Assembly: GCA_039815375.1 (NCBI GenBank)
Contig: JBCBZJ010000013.1
Location: 17,984-81,983, forward strand
DNA length: 64,000 nt
From: Verrucomicrobiota bacterium
Lineage (GTDB): Bacteria > Verrucomicrobiota > Verrucomicrobiia > Opitutales > Coraliomargaritaceae
Direction: 5' to 3'
Part shown: positions 55,435 through 64,000 of the stretch, piece by piece
How positions within the stretch are numbered: the stretch's first letter is position 1
How the letters are laid out: each line of letters begins with the position of its first letter
Translations under genes and position numbers: made by a program
Notes under the pieces: model-generated
The model's input: only the letters and a program-made list of their open reading frames with translations
Database searches by the model: none
What the model was told of the DNA's origin: nothing

Positions 55435-57387
55435 ATGCCCTCCTTAATTGATAGGTCTGGTAATGTCCAATTTTTTGGTCAGCTATCTTGGGCTAATTTC
55501 CTCGATTGGCTGATTACCTTATGCCTTGCCGCTATTCTAGTGATTACTTCTCTCCAGCTGGGCGGTGTTCGGCCGGAGACTCAGCATTCTGTTCTGCCAC
55601 TGTATGCTATCCTTCTCTTGCTCCATGGTCTTTGGATCGCCATTGATAAGGAAAGGCCTCGCCGGATTAGTCCAGGTCCGGTCCTTTTTTTACCCTTCCT
55701 TATTTTCGCGTCGCTCAGCTTTTACTTTTTAAGCCCGGTTCCCTGGCGCGCATCTTATGAATTAACCTATTTCTTTGGCATATTCATATTTATTTGGGTC
55801 GCAGTAAATAACGTGCGGAGTCGAGCGCATTTATTGATTTTGATACTTATGGCGCTGATTCCGGCAGGGAGTGCATCTCTTATCGGTTTTTACCAGTTTT
55901 TCCAGGACTCCACTCAGGTAGCGAGTGCATCGGTCGGTTATGCATTGGAATTGAATCAACAGTACTTTGGAAGGGCTACAGGTATTTTCGCTGATCCAAA
56001 TAGCTTCGCCGCCTACCTTCTTGCTCTTTTGCCCTGTTTTATAATAGCGGCCCTTGTGCCCCGGCTCCCGATCATCTTAAGAGTGCTTTGTTTTTATGTG
56101 GGTCTAGTTCTGCTGGCAGGTATTACCTTTACGCAAACATATTGGGCTGCCGCTTCGGTCGTCATTTTGATGGCTATCTTGCCCTGGTTTTGTTTCAAAA
56201 AAAAGTCCTTACGGGTGCTTTCTTCCATGCTGGTAGTTGGTTCGGCTCTGGTGGTCTTCCTGTTGATGTTTCTGGTAAGCCCATCATTTCAACGTGGTTT
56301 CGCGCGTGCGCTGAGCACGGATGGCGAAGCTGTAAGAATTGTTTTATGGCAAGAGGGCCTTCGTAGTCTATCGCGAAGTCCTTTCCTTGGCTCAGGTGGA
56401 GGCACCTATGCTTTTCAACTAGATCATAGTGACTCTCTCTCAATTCCTTATGGTCCTGTAACGCCGCAAAATGATTACATGCTTATTTTGGGGCAATATG
56501 GGTTACTTGGTGGAGCTCTTTTGTTCGTGCCTGGCTTTTACCTGATTTTAAGAGCTTACCTACGCTGGAAATCTGAGGCATTTGACAGAAAGCTAAAGGG
56601 GCAGCGCGAGAGGGTGATGTCACCACAGAAGTTTTTTCTTTCAATTGCGACTAGCGGAATTCTGGCTCTTCTCATTGCGGCCTTTTTTACTTCTGTGCTT
56701 TATATTCCGGGGTTGCTGCTCTTTGGAGCCCTGCTCTTTTCTGTCCTAGTTAAGCTCAGCTTCAGTCGCACTCTGAACCTGCCGAATTTTCGTTTTGCAG
56801 GCCTGTCTTATTTGTCTATCGCCGCATTGTTTGGTGTAGTTTTCTGGATAAATTCCAGCTCTAGTATTGAATCCCAAGCATACGAGTTACGGGCTCGGCA
56901 GAGCCTTAATAAACTTGTGGAAAAGCGGGTTCCCATCTCAGGCAATATTGAGCTAATCGAAAATACCATTCATAGGTTCAAAGATGCTGTAGTTATCGAC
57001 CCGAACAATGCTGACGCTTGGATTGGTCTGAGCTCAGCGATTTGCCAGCTTTACTACAGTAGGCCTGAAGAATTTGAAGCAATCGCGTCTCGTGCCGTCT
57101 CGGCTGCGTCCCGTGCCTACGAGATATGTCCGGAATATTGGCTATCATCAGCGCAGTTGGGTATTGCCCTTGCACTGGGCGGAGAGCTCGAAGACGCTCG
57201 CTCTGCGCTGGAACGCTCTGTAGCAATGGCGCCAAACAGCAGTAATGCACATTATTATCTGGCTTCTTACCTTAGCGTTTTTCCGGAAGAGAGGGAGGGC
57301 GCGATTGAGCACGTCGGCCTGTCGCTTGAGATTAATCCGCGTAATGCGGCGGCTTTAAAACTGCAGCGTAAACTTTTGATTCTTTAG
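55435..57387 (+). CDS. O-antigen ligase (WaaL/Wzy_C)-like membrane protein with C-terminal TPR repeats
   Basis: About 12 TM; GRATGIFADPNSFA; R..LW..G......PFLG.G.G; PQNDY; TPR tail. Confidence 0.82.
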   Translation: MPSLIDRSGNVQFFGQLSWANFLDWLITLCLAAILVITSLQLGGVRPETQHSVLPLYAILLLLHGLWIAIDKERPRRISPGPVLFLPFLIFASLSFYFLSPVPWRASYELTYFFGIFIFIWVAVNNVRSRAHLLILILMALIPAGSASLIGFYQFFQDSTQVASASVGYALELNQQYFGRATGIFADPNSFAAYLLALLPCFIIAALVPRLPIILRVLCFYVGLVLLAGITFTQTYWAAASVVILMAILPWFCFKKKSLRVLSSMLVVGSALVVFLLMFLVSPSFQRGFARALSTDGEAVRIVLWQEGLRSLSRSPFLGSGGGTYAFQLDHSDSLSIPYGPVTPQNDYMLILGQYGLLGGALLFVPGFYLILRAYLRWKSEAFDRKLKGQRERVMSPQKFFLSIATSGILALLIAAFFTSVLYIPGLLLFGALLFSVLVKLSFSRTLNLPNFRFAGLSYLSIAALFGVVFWINSSSSIESQAYELRARQSLNKLVEKRVPISGNIELIENTIHRFKDAVVIDPNNADAWIGLSSAICQLYYSRPEEFEAIASRAVSAASRAYEICPEYWLSSAQLGIALALGGELEDARSALERSVAMAPNSSNAHYYLASYLSVFPEEREGAIEHVGLSLEINPRNAAALKLQRKLLIL

Positions 57388-57390
57388 GAA

Positions 57391-58296
57391 ATGAACCGGG
57401 ATTGGATCTTATTGCTTTTTCTTCTGATTTTAAGGCCGTTTGATGTAGGTGCAGAAACCACATTTCGAGGCTCGGTAGCTGTCTTGGAAGCCAGCCCGAA
57501 AGTTCATTTGTCAGTTCTTGGCTACGAGGGCAGTTCGTTTACACCAGTCGCCTTGCCACAATACCTCCCTGGTTTGTTTTCGGCTACTGGAACTCAGGAA
57601 GATTACCTCTTTCTGCGCACTTCGAACCGAATGAATCTCTTTTTTGAGGGAGCTGGTTTTTTCGCCGTGGAACGCTTTGAATATGTAGCAGAATCCGATC
57701 CGTCGGTGAGCGAAGAACTAAAGGTGCTCCAGAGCCGGATGATATTGAATTTGCGGAAAGGTCTACTCTTGGTGGATTGTGTTGAACTTTGCGAGGAATC
57801 TCAACTTTTTGTTGAGGCACCATTCGGTCAGGTCGCCGGTTCCGGGGCTAAATGGTTTATAGAGATTGCATTAGATCCGCGCAGCGGGATTTACGGTTTT
57901 ACCATTGCCTGCCAAGAGGGTCTGGTTCGTTTGACTGACCTGAGAGGCGAGGTCTATTTGATCTATCCGGGGCAGCGTCTGGCCGGTGCGGGCAGTTCGA
58001 GTGCGCCGGCAATCGAGGTCGGCGAGCCTACCGATCATTCGCGTCAACTCTTCAAGAATTTTGAGGAACTGTTAATGAAGCACGACATGACTAAGCTCGA
58101 CCATGCAGCATTGCGTCAACAGATGCTGGTGCTGGGGGAATCTACCGCTGCAGAATCGGCTCTTACGGATGATTCAGGTGCTCCGAAATCTAACAAGCGC
58201 CCTGTTGTTATTGAGTTTTCGCCTCGTGCACCGGAATTGACTCCTTTTCGCGGTGAGGTGTGCCCGCCTTCCGATGCCCAAGTGGATTTATTTTAG
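57391..58296 (+). CDS. Secreted protein with FecR-like beta domain
   Basis: Signal peptide; L.L.KG.L...VEAPFG.V...G......I.C.EG.V...PGQ pattern. Confidence 0.6.
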   Translation: MNRDWILLLFLLILRPFDVGAETTFRGSVAVLEASPKVHLSVLGYEGSSFTPVALPQYLPGLFSATGTQEDYLFLRTSNRMNLFFEGAGFFAVERFEYVAESDPSVSEELKVLQSRMILNLRKGLLLVDCVELCEESQLFVEAPFGQVAGSGAKWFIEIALDPRSGIYGFTIACQEGLVRLTDLRGEVYLIYPGQRLAGAGSSSAPAIEVGEPTDHSRQLFKNFEELLMKHDMTKLDHAALRQQMLVLGESTAAESALTDDSGAPKSNKRPVVIEFSPRAPELTPFRGEVCPPSDAQVDLF

Positions 58297-60679
58297 AAAA
58301 TTGAAAGGATTGAAGCAATCTGGCCTTTACGCTTTGCTGGTCCTGGCTTCATCGGCAGTTTGGATTGTATTGGGCAGCTCTGGGCTCTTGGACGGTATTG
58401 ATCAGGAGGTCATGAGATGGCGCTATCTTGCGAGGGGTGAGATTGAGACGAAAGACAACATCGTCTATGTCGATCTGGATGCTGAAACCGTTTCTTATAT
58501 GGGGCATCGGCCGTGGGATCGCAGAGAGTTTGGCCGCGTTCTCGCAGCTCTTTTGGGTCCGGGTGGAGCCAGAACCGTGGCGGTTGATATCATCTTTTCA
58601 AAGTATGGTGCGAGCACGATGCTTGATCTGGATCGTGCACGAAAAGGGGACTTCTTTTTGGGGCAAATAGTAGAAAAGTATAAGGATAAAGTGGTCTTGG
58701 CTGCAGCCTATACAGGAGTGATTAATACTCTGGCTGCTGAGAGTGCCGACAGGCTGCCGCTGATTCGGGATGGCAACTACGATCCCGAAACGAACACTTT
58801 TCCTGAGGCACCAACGTTCCCGATTATTAATCTCGATGTCGGGCGTTTGGGAATAGCGAATGTTGATGAGGCACTGAGTCGGGGGCCGATTCCCCTCTTT
58901 GTTCCCGCATTTATCGAGTTTGATAGCCCTCGTTACAGTTTTTTGCTGATGGATGGTTTAACCCGCCATTTCAGCTTAGTCCTGAATGAGGAGCTCAGGC
59001 CGGCCGTTTTAGGGGATCAAGTTACCATCCAAAGTAGTGATGGTTGGTTTAGCAAGCAGCTGCCTCTAAATACCAAGACGACGCTTTTTAGCTTAGGTTT
59101 GGAGGCTTTTCTTGTTGCGCATGGTCTCGGACGAACAGCGGTTGAGTTCGAAGGCAGTACGCTGTCGATTCGCATGAGCGAAGAAGAAACCATACGTATA
59201 CCATTGGTTCAGTCACAGTCGATTGAAGTGAATTGGTTCGAAGGTTGGGATACGAGTCAGGGCAATGAAAGAGTAAGTATGCGCGAGGTTCTGGAACGAG
59301 CTGATGCGCTGGCAAAGGCTGCAAATGCGAACGATACTTCTACCCTCAAAACTTTGCGCGAGTGGTTTAGCCAATTCAATGATAAGGTCATCTTTCTTGG
59401 GCCGGTTGACCCTCAGTTGAAAGATATTGCTCCGACACCATTCAATCGAGTGCCTGTTCCTAAGGTGTTGCTGCATGCCAATGTTTTTCGCACGATTGAG
59501 TCCGGCGAGTTTATTCTGAGAGTATCATCTTTGGTCTCCGCTCTGAGTGTTCTTCTGCTTACTGTTGGGGTTGCATGTTTGGCCCTTGGTAATCGATGGT
59601 TACGGATTTGTTCAGTAGGCGTCTTTATCGGCTACATCGGATTCGTATTTGTGGTTTTTTCCTCTTCGAATCTAGTCCTTCCTCTCGTCTCGCCTGTAGG
59701 TTCTGCCCTCACCGCAACCATTTTTGTTATTCTGATCCGTATTGGTTCCGAAGAGTGGCAGCGTCGTCGTATTAAGAATCTATTCGGTGCTTACGTCTCT
59801 CCAAGCTTGGTTAATGATATGGTCGAATCCCATCGAGACCCTGAGCTTGGCGGAACAGAAGCTGAGGTGACGGCCCTTTTTTCCGATGTCGAGGGGTTTT
59901 CTTCGCTTTCGGAAGAGTTGAAGCCGAACGAACTGGTCGCTCTTATGAACGAATATCTCGGTGAAATGACTGAGACTTTTCAGGCGGAACAAGGCACCCT
60001 GGACAAGTATATCGGCGATGCCATTGTGACGATGTTTGGCATGCCCTATCCGGTTGACGATCATGCTGCGCGTGCCTGTCGATCAGCACTCGCTATGCAA
60101 GAACGCCATGCTGCACTTCGAGAACAATGGAGGGAAGATGGCAAGTGGCCGGAAAAGGTGCTGCAGATGCGCACTCGAATCGGTATCAACACCGGGGTTG
60201 CTGTTATCGGGAACATGGGAAGTGAAATGCGTTTCAACTACACAATGATGGGGGATTCGGTAAACCTCGCTGCTCGATGCGAAAGTGGGGCAAAGAGCTA
60301 CGGAGTGTATACCATGGTCACGGCGTCGACGCTCGAGGCTGCTTTGCGGGAGAACCTGGAATTGCACTATCGCAAGTTGGATCGTGTTGTCGTTAAAGGT
60401 CGGAGTCGGCCGGTTGAAATCTACGAGCTATGGGATGCCTCCTATGATTTAACGAAGGCTCGATCTTGTCGTGCGAAGTATGAGCAAGCGCTTCAAGCGT
60501 ATTTCGACGGCGATTGGGAAAATGCGCTTTTGGGCTTCGAAGCGTCTTCAGCTGATGAGCCCGGTCAGGAGTTTGCGCCAATCACGCCATCTGAACTTCT
60601 CGCGGAACGTTGCCGAGAGTTCATTAAGAACGGCTCTCCGGAGAATTGGGATGGCGTCTACCGGATGAAAACGAAATAA
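58274..60679 (+). CDS. CHASE2-domain adenylate cyclase (class III)
   Basis: IVYVDLD..T......PWDR, AVDIIF (CHASE2); 3 TM; FSDVEGFS, LDKYIGDAIV, RIGINTG, YTMMGDSVNLAARCE; start uncertain. Confidence 0.9.
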   Translation: MPKWIYFRKLKGLKQSGLYALLVLASSAVWIVLGSSGLLDGIDQEVMRWRYLARGEIETKDNIVYVDLDAETVSYMGHRPWDRREFGRVLAALLGPGGARTVAVDIIFSKYGASTMLDLDRARKGDFFLGQIVEKYKDKVVLAAAYTGVINTLAAESADRLPLIRDGNYDPETNTFPEAPTFPIINLDVGRLGIANVDEALSRGPIPLFVPAFIEFDSPRYSFLLMDGLTRHFSLVLNEELRPAVLGDQVTIQSSDGWFSKQLPLNTKTTLFSLGLEAFLVAHGLGRTAVEFEGSTLSIRMSEEETIRIPLVQSQSIEVNWFEGWDTSQGNERVSMREVLERADALAKAANANDTSTLKTLREWFSQFNDKVIFLGPVDPQLKDIAPTPFNRVPVPKVLLHANVFRTIESGEFILRVSSLVSALSVLLLTVGVACLALGNRWLRICSVGVFIGYIGFVFVVFSSSNLVLPLVSPVGSALTATIFVILIRIGSEEWQRRRIKNLFGAYVSPSLVNDMVESHRDPELGGTEAEVTALFSDVEGFSSLSEELKPNELVALMNEYLGEMTETFQAEQGTLDKYIGDAIVTMFGMPYPVDDHAARACRSALAMQERHAALREQWREDGKWPEKVLQMRTRIGINTGVAVIGNMGSEMRFNYTMMGDSVNLAARCESGAKSYGVYTMVTASTLEAALRENLELHYRKLDRVVVKGRSRPVEIYELWDASYDLTKARSCRAKYEQALQAYFDGDWENALLGFEASSADEPGQEFAPITPSELLAERCREFIKNGSPENWDGVYRMKTK

Positions 60680-60694
60680 ACTGTTATGGTGGCT

Positions 60695-61015
60695 TTAGTA
60701 GGAAGGCACCTCGGGGTCGACTTCATGAGACCAGGCGTGAATGCCCCCCGCCATGTTGATCACATTTTTGAAGCCCCTTGACTCGAGATACTGGAGGACG
60801 TTCATGCTGCGCATACCATGGTGGCAAAACACCACGAGCGGCGCAGTCGTTGGGAGTGAATCGACTCTGCCGGGGATTTCGCCCATCGGGATATGAAGTG
60901 ATCCTTTGATGGAGCAGAAAGCCACCTCCTCCGGCTCTCTTACATCGAGGAGAACCGTTTCGGGAGTCTCTTCACGCATTTTAGCTGCATCGGTCGCACT
61001 GATTTCCTTGTTCAT
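60695..61015 (-). CDS. Rhodanese-like protein
   Basis: [25 protein letters not shown]. Confidence 0.92.
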   Translation of the reverse strand: MNKEISATDAAKMREETPETVLLDVREPEEVAFCSIKGSLHIPMGEIPGRVDSLPTTAPLVVFCHHGMRSMNVLQYLESRGFKNVINMAGGIHAWSHEVDPEVPSY

Positions 61016-61045
61016 TACCTATCTTTCATGATGATTGAGGAGAAT

Positions 61046-61804
61046 ATGTCAAAGAACCCGGCTATAATCGTGCCAACACGGCTAAGCTCGACGCGCTTTC
61101 CCCGTAAGCTTCTCTATGCTGTGAAAGGGAAACCCGTGATCCTTTGGACAGCTGAGCGCATTGCCCAGGTTGCGCCGGAGTTCCCTCTCTATTTCGCTGT
61201 GGATGATGTCGAATTAGAGGACTGCCTTGGTGATGCAGGCTATCAAACTGTAATGACACATCCGGATCATCCAAGTGGCACCGACCGTCTTGCCGAGGCC
61301 AACGAGAGAGTAGGGGCCAGTGCTGTGATTAATGTCCAGGGGGATGAGCCACTTGTTACCGGTGAACAAATTCGCGCTCTTGCAGAAGGCCTTGGTAATG
61401 GTTGTGACATTGCTACACTTGCGGTGCGTTTTGAAAAACCGGAAGATTTTGCCAATCCGAACCAAGTTAAGGTCGTGTGTGCCCGCACAGGAGAAGCGCT
61501 TTTCTTCTCACGTTCAGCGATTCCTTTCTGCCGTGAACTCGCTGGTCAGGTTGACGCGGCTTGGCTTCGAGCCAATCCAGTTTACCGGCACCTCGGTCTT
61601 TATGCCTATTCTGCTGATTTCCTGAAGGCTTTCTCTTCGCTTGAGCCTGGCTTCCTTGAGCAACATGAAAAGCTCGAACAGCTCCGAGCTATGGAGCACG
61701 GCTACAGAATTCACGTTGGAACAACGGATCAACCCACAATTGGTATCGATACGCCTGAAGATATCCTTGGCTTTGAAGCTGCCATGAATTCGTCGAAGGG
61801 TTGA
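61046..61804 (+). CDS. kdsB: 3-deoxy-manno-octulosonate cytidylyltransferase
   Basis: [37 protein letters not shown]. Confidence 0.95.
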   Translation: MSKNPAIIVPTRLSSTRFPRKLLYAVKGKPVILWTAERIAQVAPEFPLYFAVDDVELEDCLGDAGYQTVMTHPDHPSGTDRLAEANERVGASAVINVQGDEPLVTGEQIRALAEGLGNGCDIATLAVRFEKPEDFANPNQVKVVCARTGEALFFSRSAIPFCRELAGQVDAAWLRANPVYRHLGLYAYSADFLKAFSSLEPGFLEQHEKLEQLRAMEHGYRIHVGTTDQPTIGIDTPEDILGFEAAMNSSKG

Positions 61805-61836
61805 CAAAGCAGCAGACTAGCAGCCGTATTTAGTAG

Positions 61837-63063
61837 ATGCAGACTGCGACGCCAGCCCTTGAAGTAGACCCGCTCAGCCTCCCGGACGAGCGGGGCCACT
61901 TTGGCCCATACGGAGGTATGTATGTGCCTGAAACCTTGATGACACCACTTTTTGAGCTGACGGAAGCCTACAAGGAAGCTCGTAGGGATCCTGAATTCCA
62001 GAAAGAGCTGGACCATCACCTGCGGGAATTTGCTGGTCGTCCGACCAATCTTTATTTTGCGGAGCGCCTGACCGAGCACTGCGGTGGGGCACAAATTTAC
62101 CTGAAGCGGGAGGATCTCCTCCATACAGGTGCGCACAAAATTAACAACGCACTTGGGCAGGCACTTGTTGCTAAACGCATGGGCAAAAAGCGTATCATTG
62201 CCGAAACAGGAGCAGGGCAGCATGGAATCGCGACTGCAGCCATATGTGCGAAGATGGGCTTTGAATGCGTGATTTATATGGGCGAAGAGGACATGCGTCG
62301 TCAGTCGCTGAATGTCTACCGCATGCGCCTTTGTGGCGCCGAGGTTCGGGGTGTTTCCGCAGGTCAGAAGACTCTCAAGGAGGCCGTTAATGAAGCGATG
62401 CGTGATTGGGTGACGAATGTTCGCGACACGCATTACATTATTGGTTCTGCGCTTGGTTCACATCCTTTCCCTATGATGGTGCGGGATTTTCATCGTGTTA
62501 TCGGTGAAGAAACTCGACGGCAAATTCTCGAAATGGCTGGTCGTTTGCCGGATGAGGTTACCGCATGCGTTGGAGGTGGCTCGAATGCCATCGGTATCTT
62601 TTTCGCCTTCCTTGGTGATCCGGAAGTCAAACTCACTGGAGTAGAAGCAGGTGGGCACGGGATCGCACCGGGCCAACATGCAGCTCGTTTTGAAGGTGGT
62701 CGACTGGGTGTTCTTCAGGGAGCGAAAACCTGGATTTTGCAGGATGTTGACGGTCAGATCGATCTCACTCATTCGGTCTCCGCTGGCCTCGACTATGCCG
62801 CGGTCGGGCCGGAACATGCTTATTATAGAGATGCGGGTCGCATCGGCTTTGGATTCGCGACCGACGATGAAGCGCTCGATGCTTTTAAGGGGCTTTGCCG
62901 TATCGAAGGGATCGTGCCTGCGCTCGAATCCTCTCATGGCATTGCCTACACGATGCAGCGTGCGCGGGAAATGGGCCCTGACGAAATAATTGTTGGCAAC
63001 CTATCCGGTCGTGGCGACAAGGACGTGCAAGAAGCTGCCCGTGTTCTCGGCAAGGAGATCTAG
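61837..63063 (+). CDS. trpB: Tryptophan synthase beta chain
   Basis: [41 protein letters not shown]. Confidence 0.97.
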   Translation: MQTATPALEVDPLSLPDERGHFGPYGGMYVPETLMTPLFELTEAYKEARRDPEFQKELDHHLREFAGRPTNLYFAERLTEHCGGAQIYLKREDLLHTGAHKINNALGQALVAKRMGKKRIIAETGAGQHGIATAAICAKMGFECVIYMGEEDMRRQSLNVYRMRLCGAEVRGVSAGQKTLKEAVNEAMRDWVTNVRDTHYIIGSALGSHPFPMMVRDFHRVIGEETRRQILEMAGRLPDEVTACVGGGSNAIGIFFAFLGDPEVKLTGVEAGGHGIAPGQHAARFEGGRLGVLQGAKTWILQDVDGQIDLTHSVSAGLDYAAVGPEHAYYRDAGRIGFGFATDDEALDAFKGLCRIEGIVPALESSHGIAYTMQRAREMGPDEIIVGNLSGRGDKDVQEAARVLGKEI

Positions 63064-63065
63064 CC

Positions 63066-63629
63066 ATGTTGCTCGTTATCGACAACTTCGACTCGTTTAC
63101 CTACAATCTGGTTCAGTACTTTGGTCAATTGGGGGTCGAGCAGCAGGTCTTTCGTAACAACGCGATCTCGGTAGACGAGGCTCTTGCGCTTGAACCGGAA
63201 CGAGTCATGATTTCGCCAGGTCCGTGTTCCCCGAATGAAGCGGGTGTGAGTATCGATATAATTTCTGCCTTTGCCGGAAAGGTTCCACTCCTTGGTGTAT
63301 GTCTGGGGCATCAAAGTATCGGCCAGCATTTTGGGGGTAAAGTGGTGCGGGCAGATCGTCTGATGCACGGCAAAACCAGTCCGGTCCGGCACCGCGAAAC
63401 GGATCTGTTTACAGGACTACCCAATCCAATGGAAGCGACCCGCTATCACTCTCTGATTGTGGAACGTCAGAGTCTGCCGGATTGTCTTGAAGTTACAGCT
63501 GAGACAGACGACGGGGAGATTATGGGGCTTGCGCACAAAGAACTGCCTGTTTGGGGGGTTCAATTCCATCCGGAGTCCATAGCAACTGAACGGGGAATGA
63601 AGATACTGGAGAACTTCCTGAGCCTCTGA
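63066..63629 (+). CDS. Anthranilate/aminodeoxychorismate synthase component II (TrpG/PabA)
   Basis: [37 protein letters not shown]. Confidence 0.95.
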   Translation: MLLVIDNFDSFTYNLVQYFGQLGVEQQVFRNNAISVDEALALEPERVMISPGPCSPNEAGVSIDIISAFAGKVPLLGVCLGHQSIGQHFGGKVVRADRLMHGKTSPVRHRETDLFTGLPNPMEATRYHSLIVERQSLPDCLEVTAETDDGEIMGLAHKELPVWGVQFHPESIATERGMKILENFLSL

Positions 63630-63742
63630 GCCTTTGTTGGGTCGATTCGCCTACTCGTTGTTCTTTTTCTTGCGCCTGTTTTTGTATTTCTTCCGCTCTT
63701 CGTGCTTAATTCTGTCCGTTAGCTCAAGTCGTTCGGATCAAT

Positions 63743-64000
63743 TTAATGTTCTTGAAGTCTCCCCACTTTCCGGAAGGTGAATTGGGCACCATCATAGTAG
63801 GTGTATCCAACCTCTATGGGTTTATTTCTTTGATGAGTTCTAGATAGGTGGATCTCGTGGAAGGCTTGGACGAGGCCGTCGTTGGTGAGGACGGCGTTGA
63901 GCTCGCCGGTGCCGCGGATGGTGTGGTTTGTGCCGTTGGTGAGCGTGACGGCGGCGGCGGTGTTCAGTTGCGAGTCGTTCTGTCCGCCACCGAGTTCAAG
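63743..64000 (-). CDS. 3' end of an ORF running off the window; beta-helix/passenger-like sequence, possibly truncated
   Basis: Hand translation LELGGGQNDSQLNTAAAVTLTNGTNHTIRGTGELNAVLTNDGLVQA... then atypical tail to TAA. Confidence 0.5.
   Translation of the reverse strand, partial: LELGGGQNDSQLNTAAAVTLTNGTNHTIRGTGELNAVLTNDGLVQAFHEIHLSRTHQRNKPIEVGYTYYDGAQFTFRKVGRLQEH

Overview
This is bacterial chromosomal DNA, most likely from Verrucomicrobiota (Opitutae-like). That assignment is inferred from a PVC-type small basic protein, the pilB-pilT-pilB-pilC layout and the style of the secreted proteins. Layout: (1) 0.3-11.3 kb is a polymorphic-toxin island. Three genes carry Sec-type signal peptides (unknown protein; Ca-binding/RCC1-repeat protein; C39-peptidase-RHS toxin with a DUF6883-like tip and DUF4926-like immunity). 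Three further toxin/immunity cassettes follow (Ntox10-like/Imm27-like, ParB-like/immunity, truncated ParB-like). All four toxin tips begin at the same in-frame 11-nt word GCCACAAACAA, with no retained RHS-core homology. (2) 11.4-18.5 kb is an AraC-linked glycoside/sulfated-glycan utilisation cluster. (3) 18.8-27.1 kb holds coaE, rho and type IV pilus/T2SS motor genes. (4) 27.2-32.0 kb holds a decayed Phd/PIN toxin-antitoxin pair, a tracrRNA, an intact-looking 1140-aa type II-C Cas9, a probable cas2 3' remnant (no cas1/cas2) and an 8-repeat CRISPR array. (5) 32-64 kb is mostly housekeeping and envelope genes. The best candidates for something undescribed are the short-site toxin-cassette array with its C39-RHS carrier, and the adaptation-less Cas9, one of whose guides has an 11-nt seed match in the leader of the neighbouring gene. 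All family assignments come from motif recognition by eye; no searches were run.
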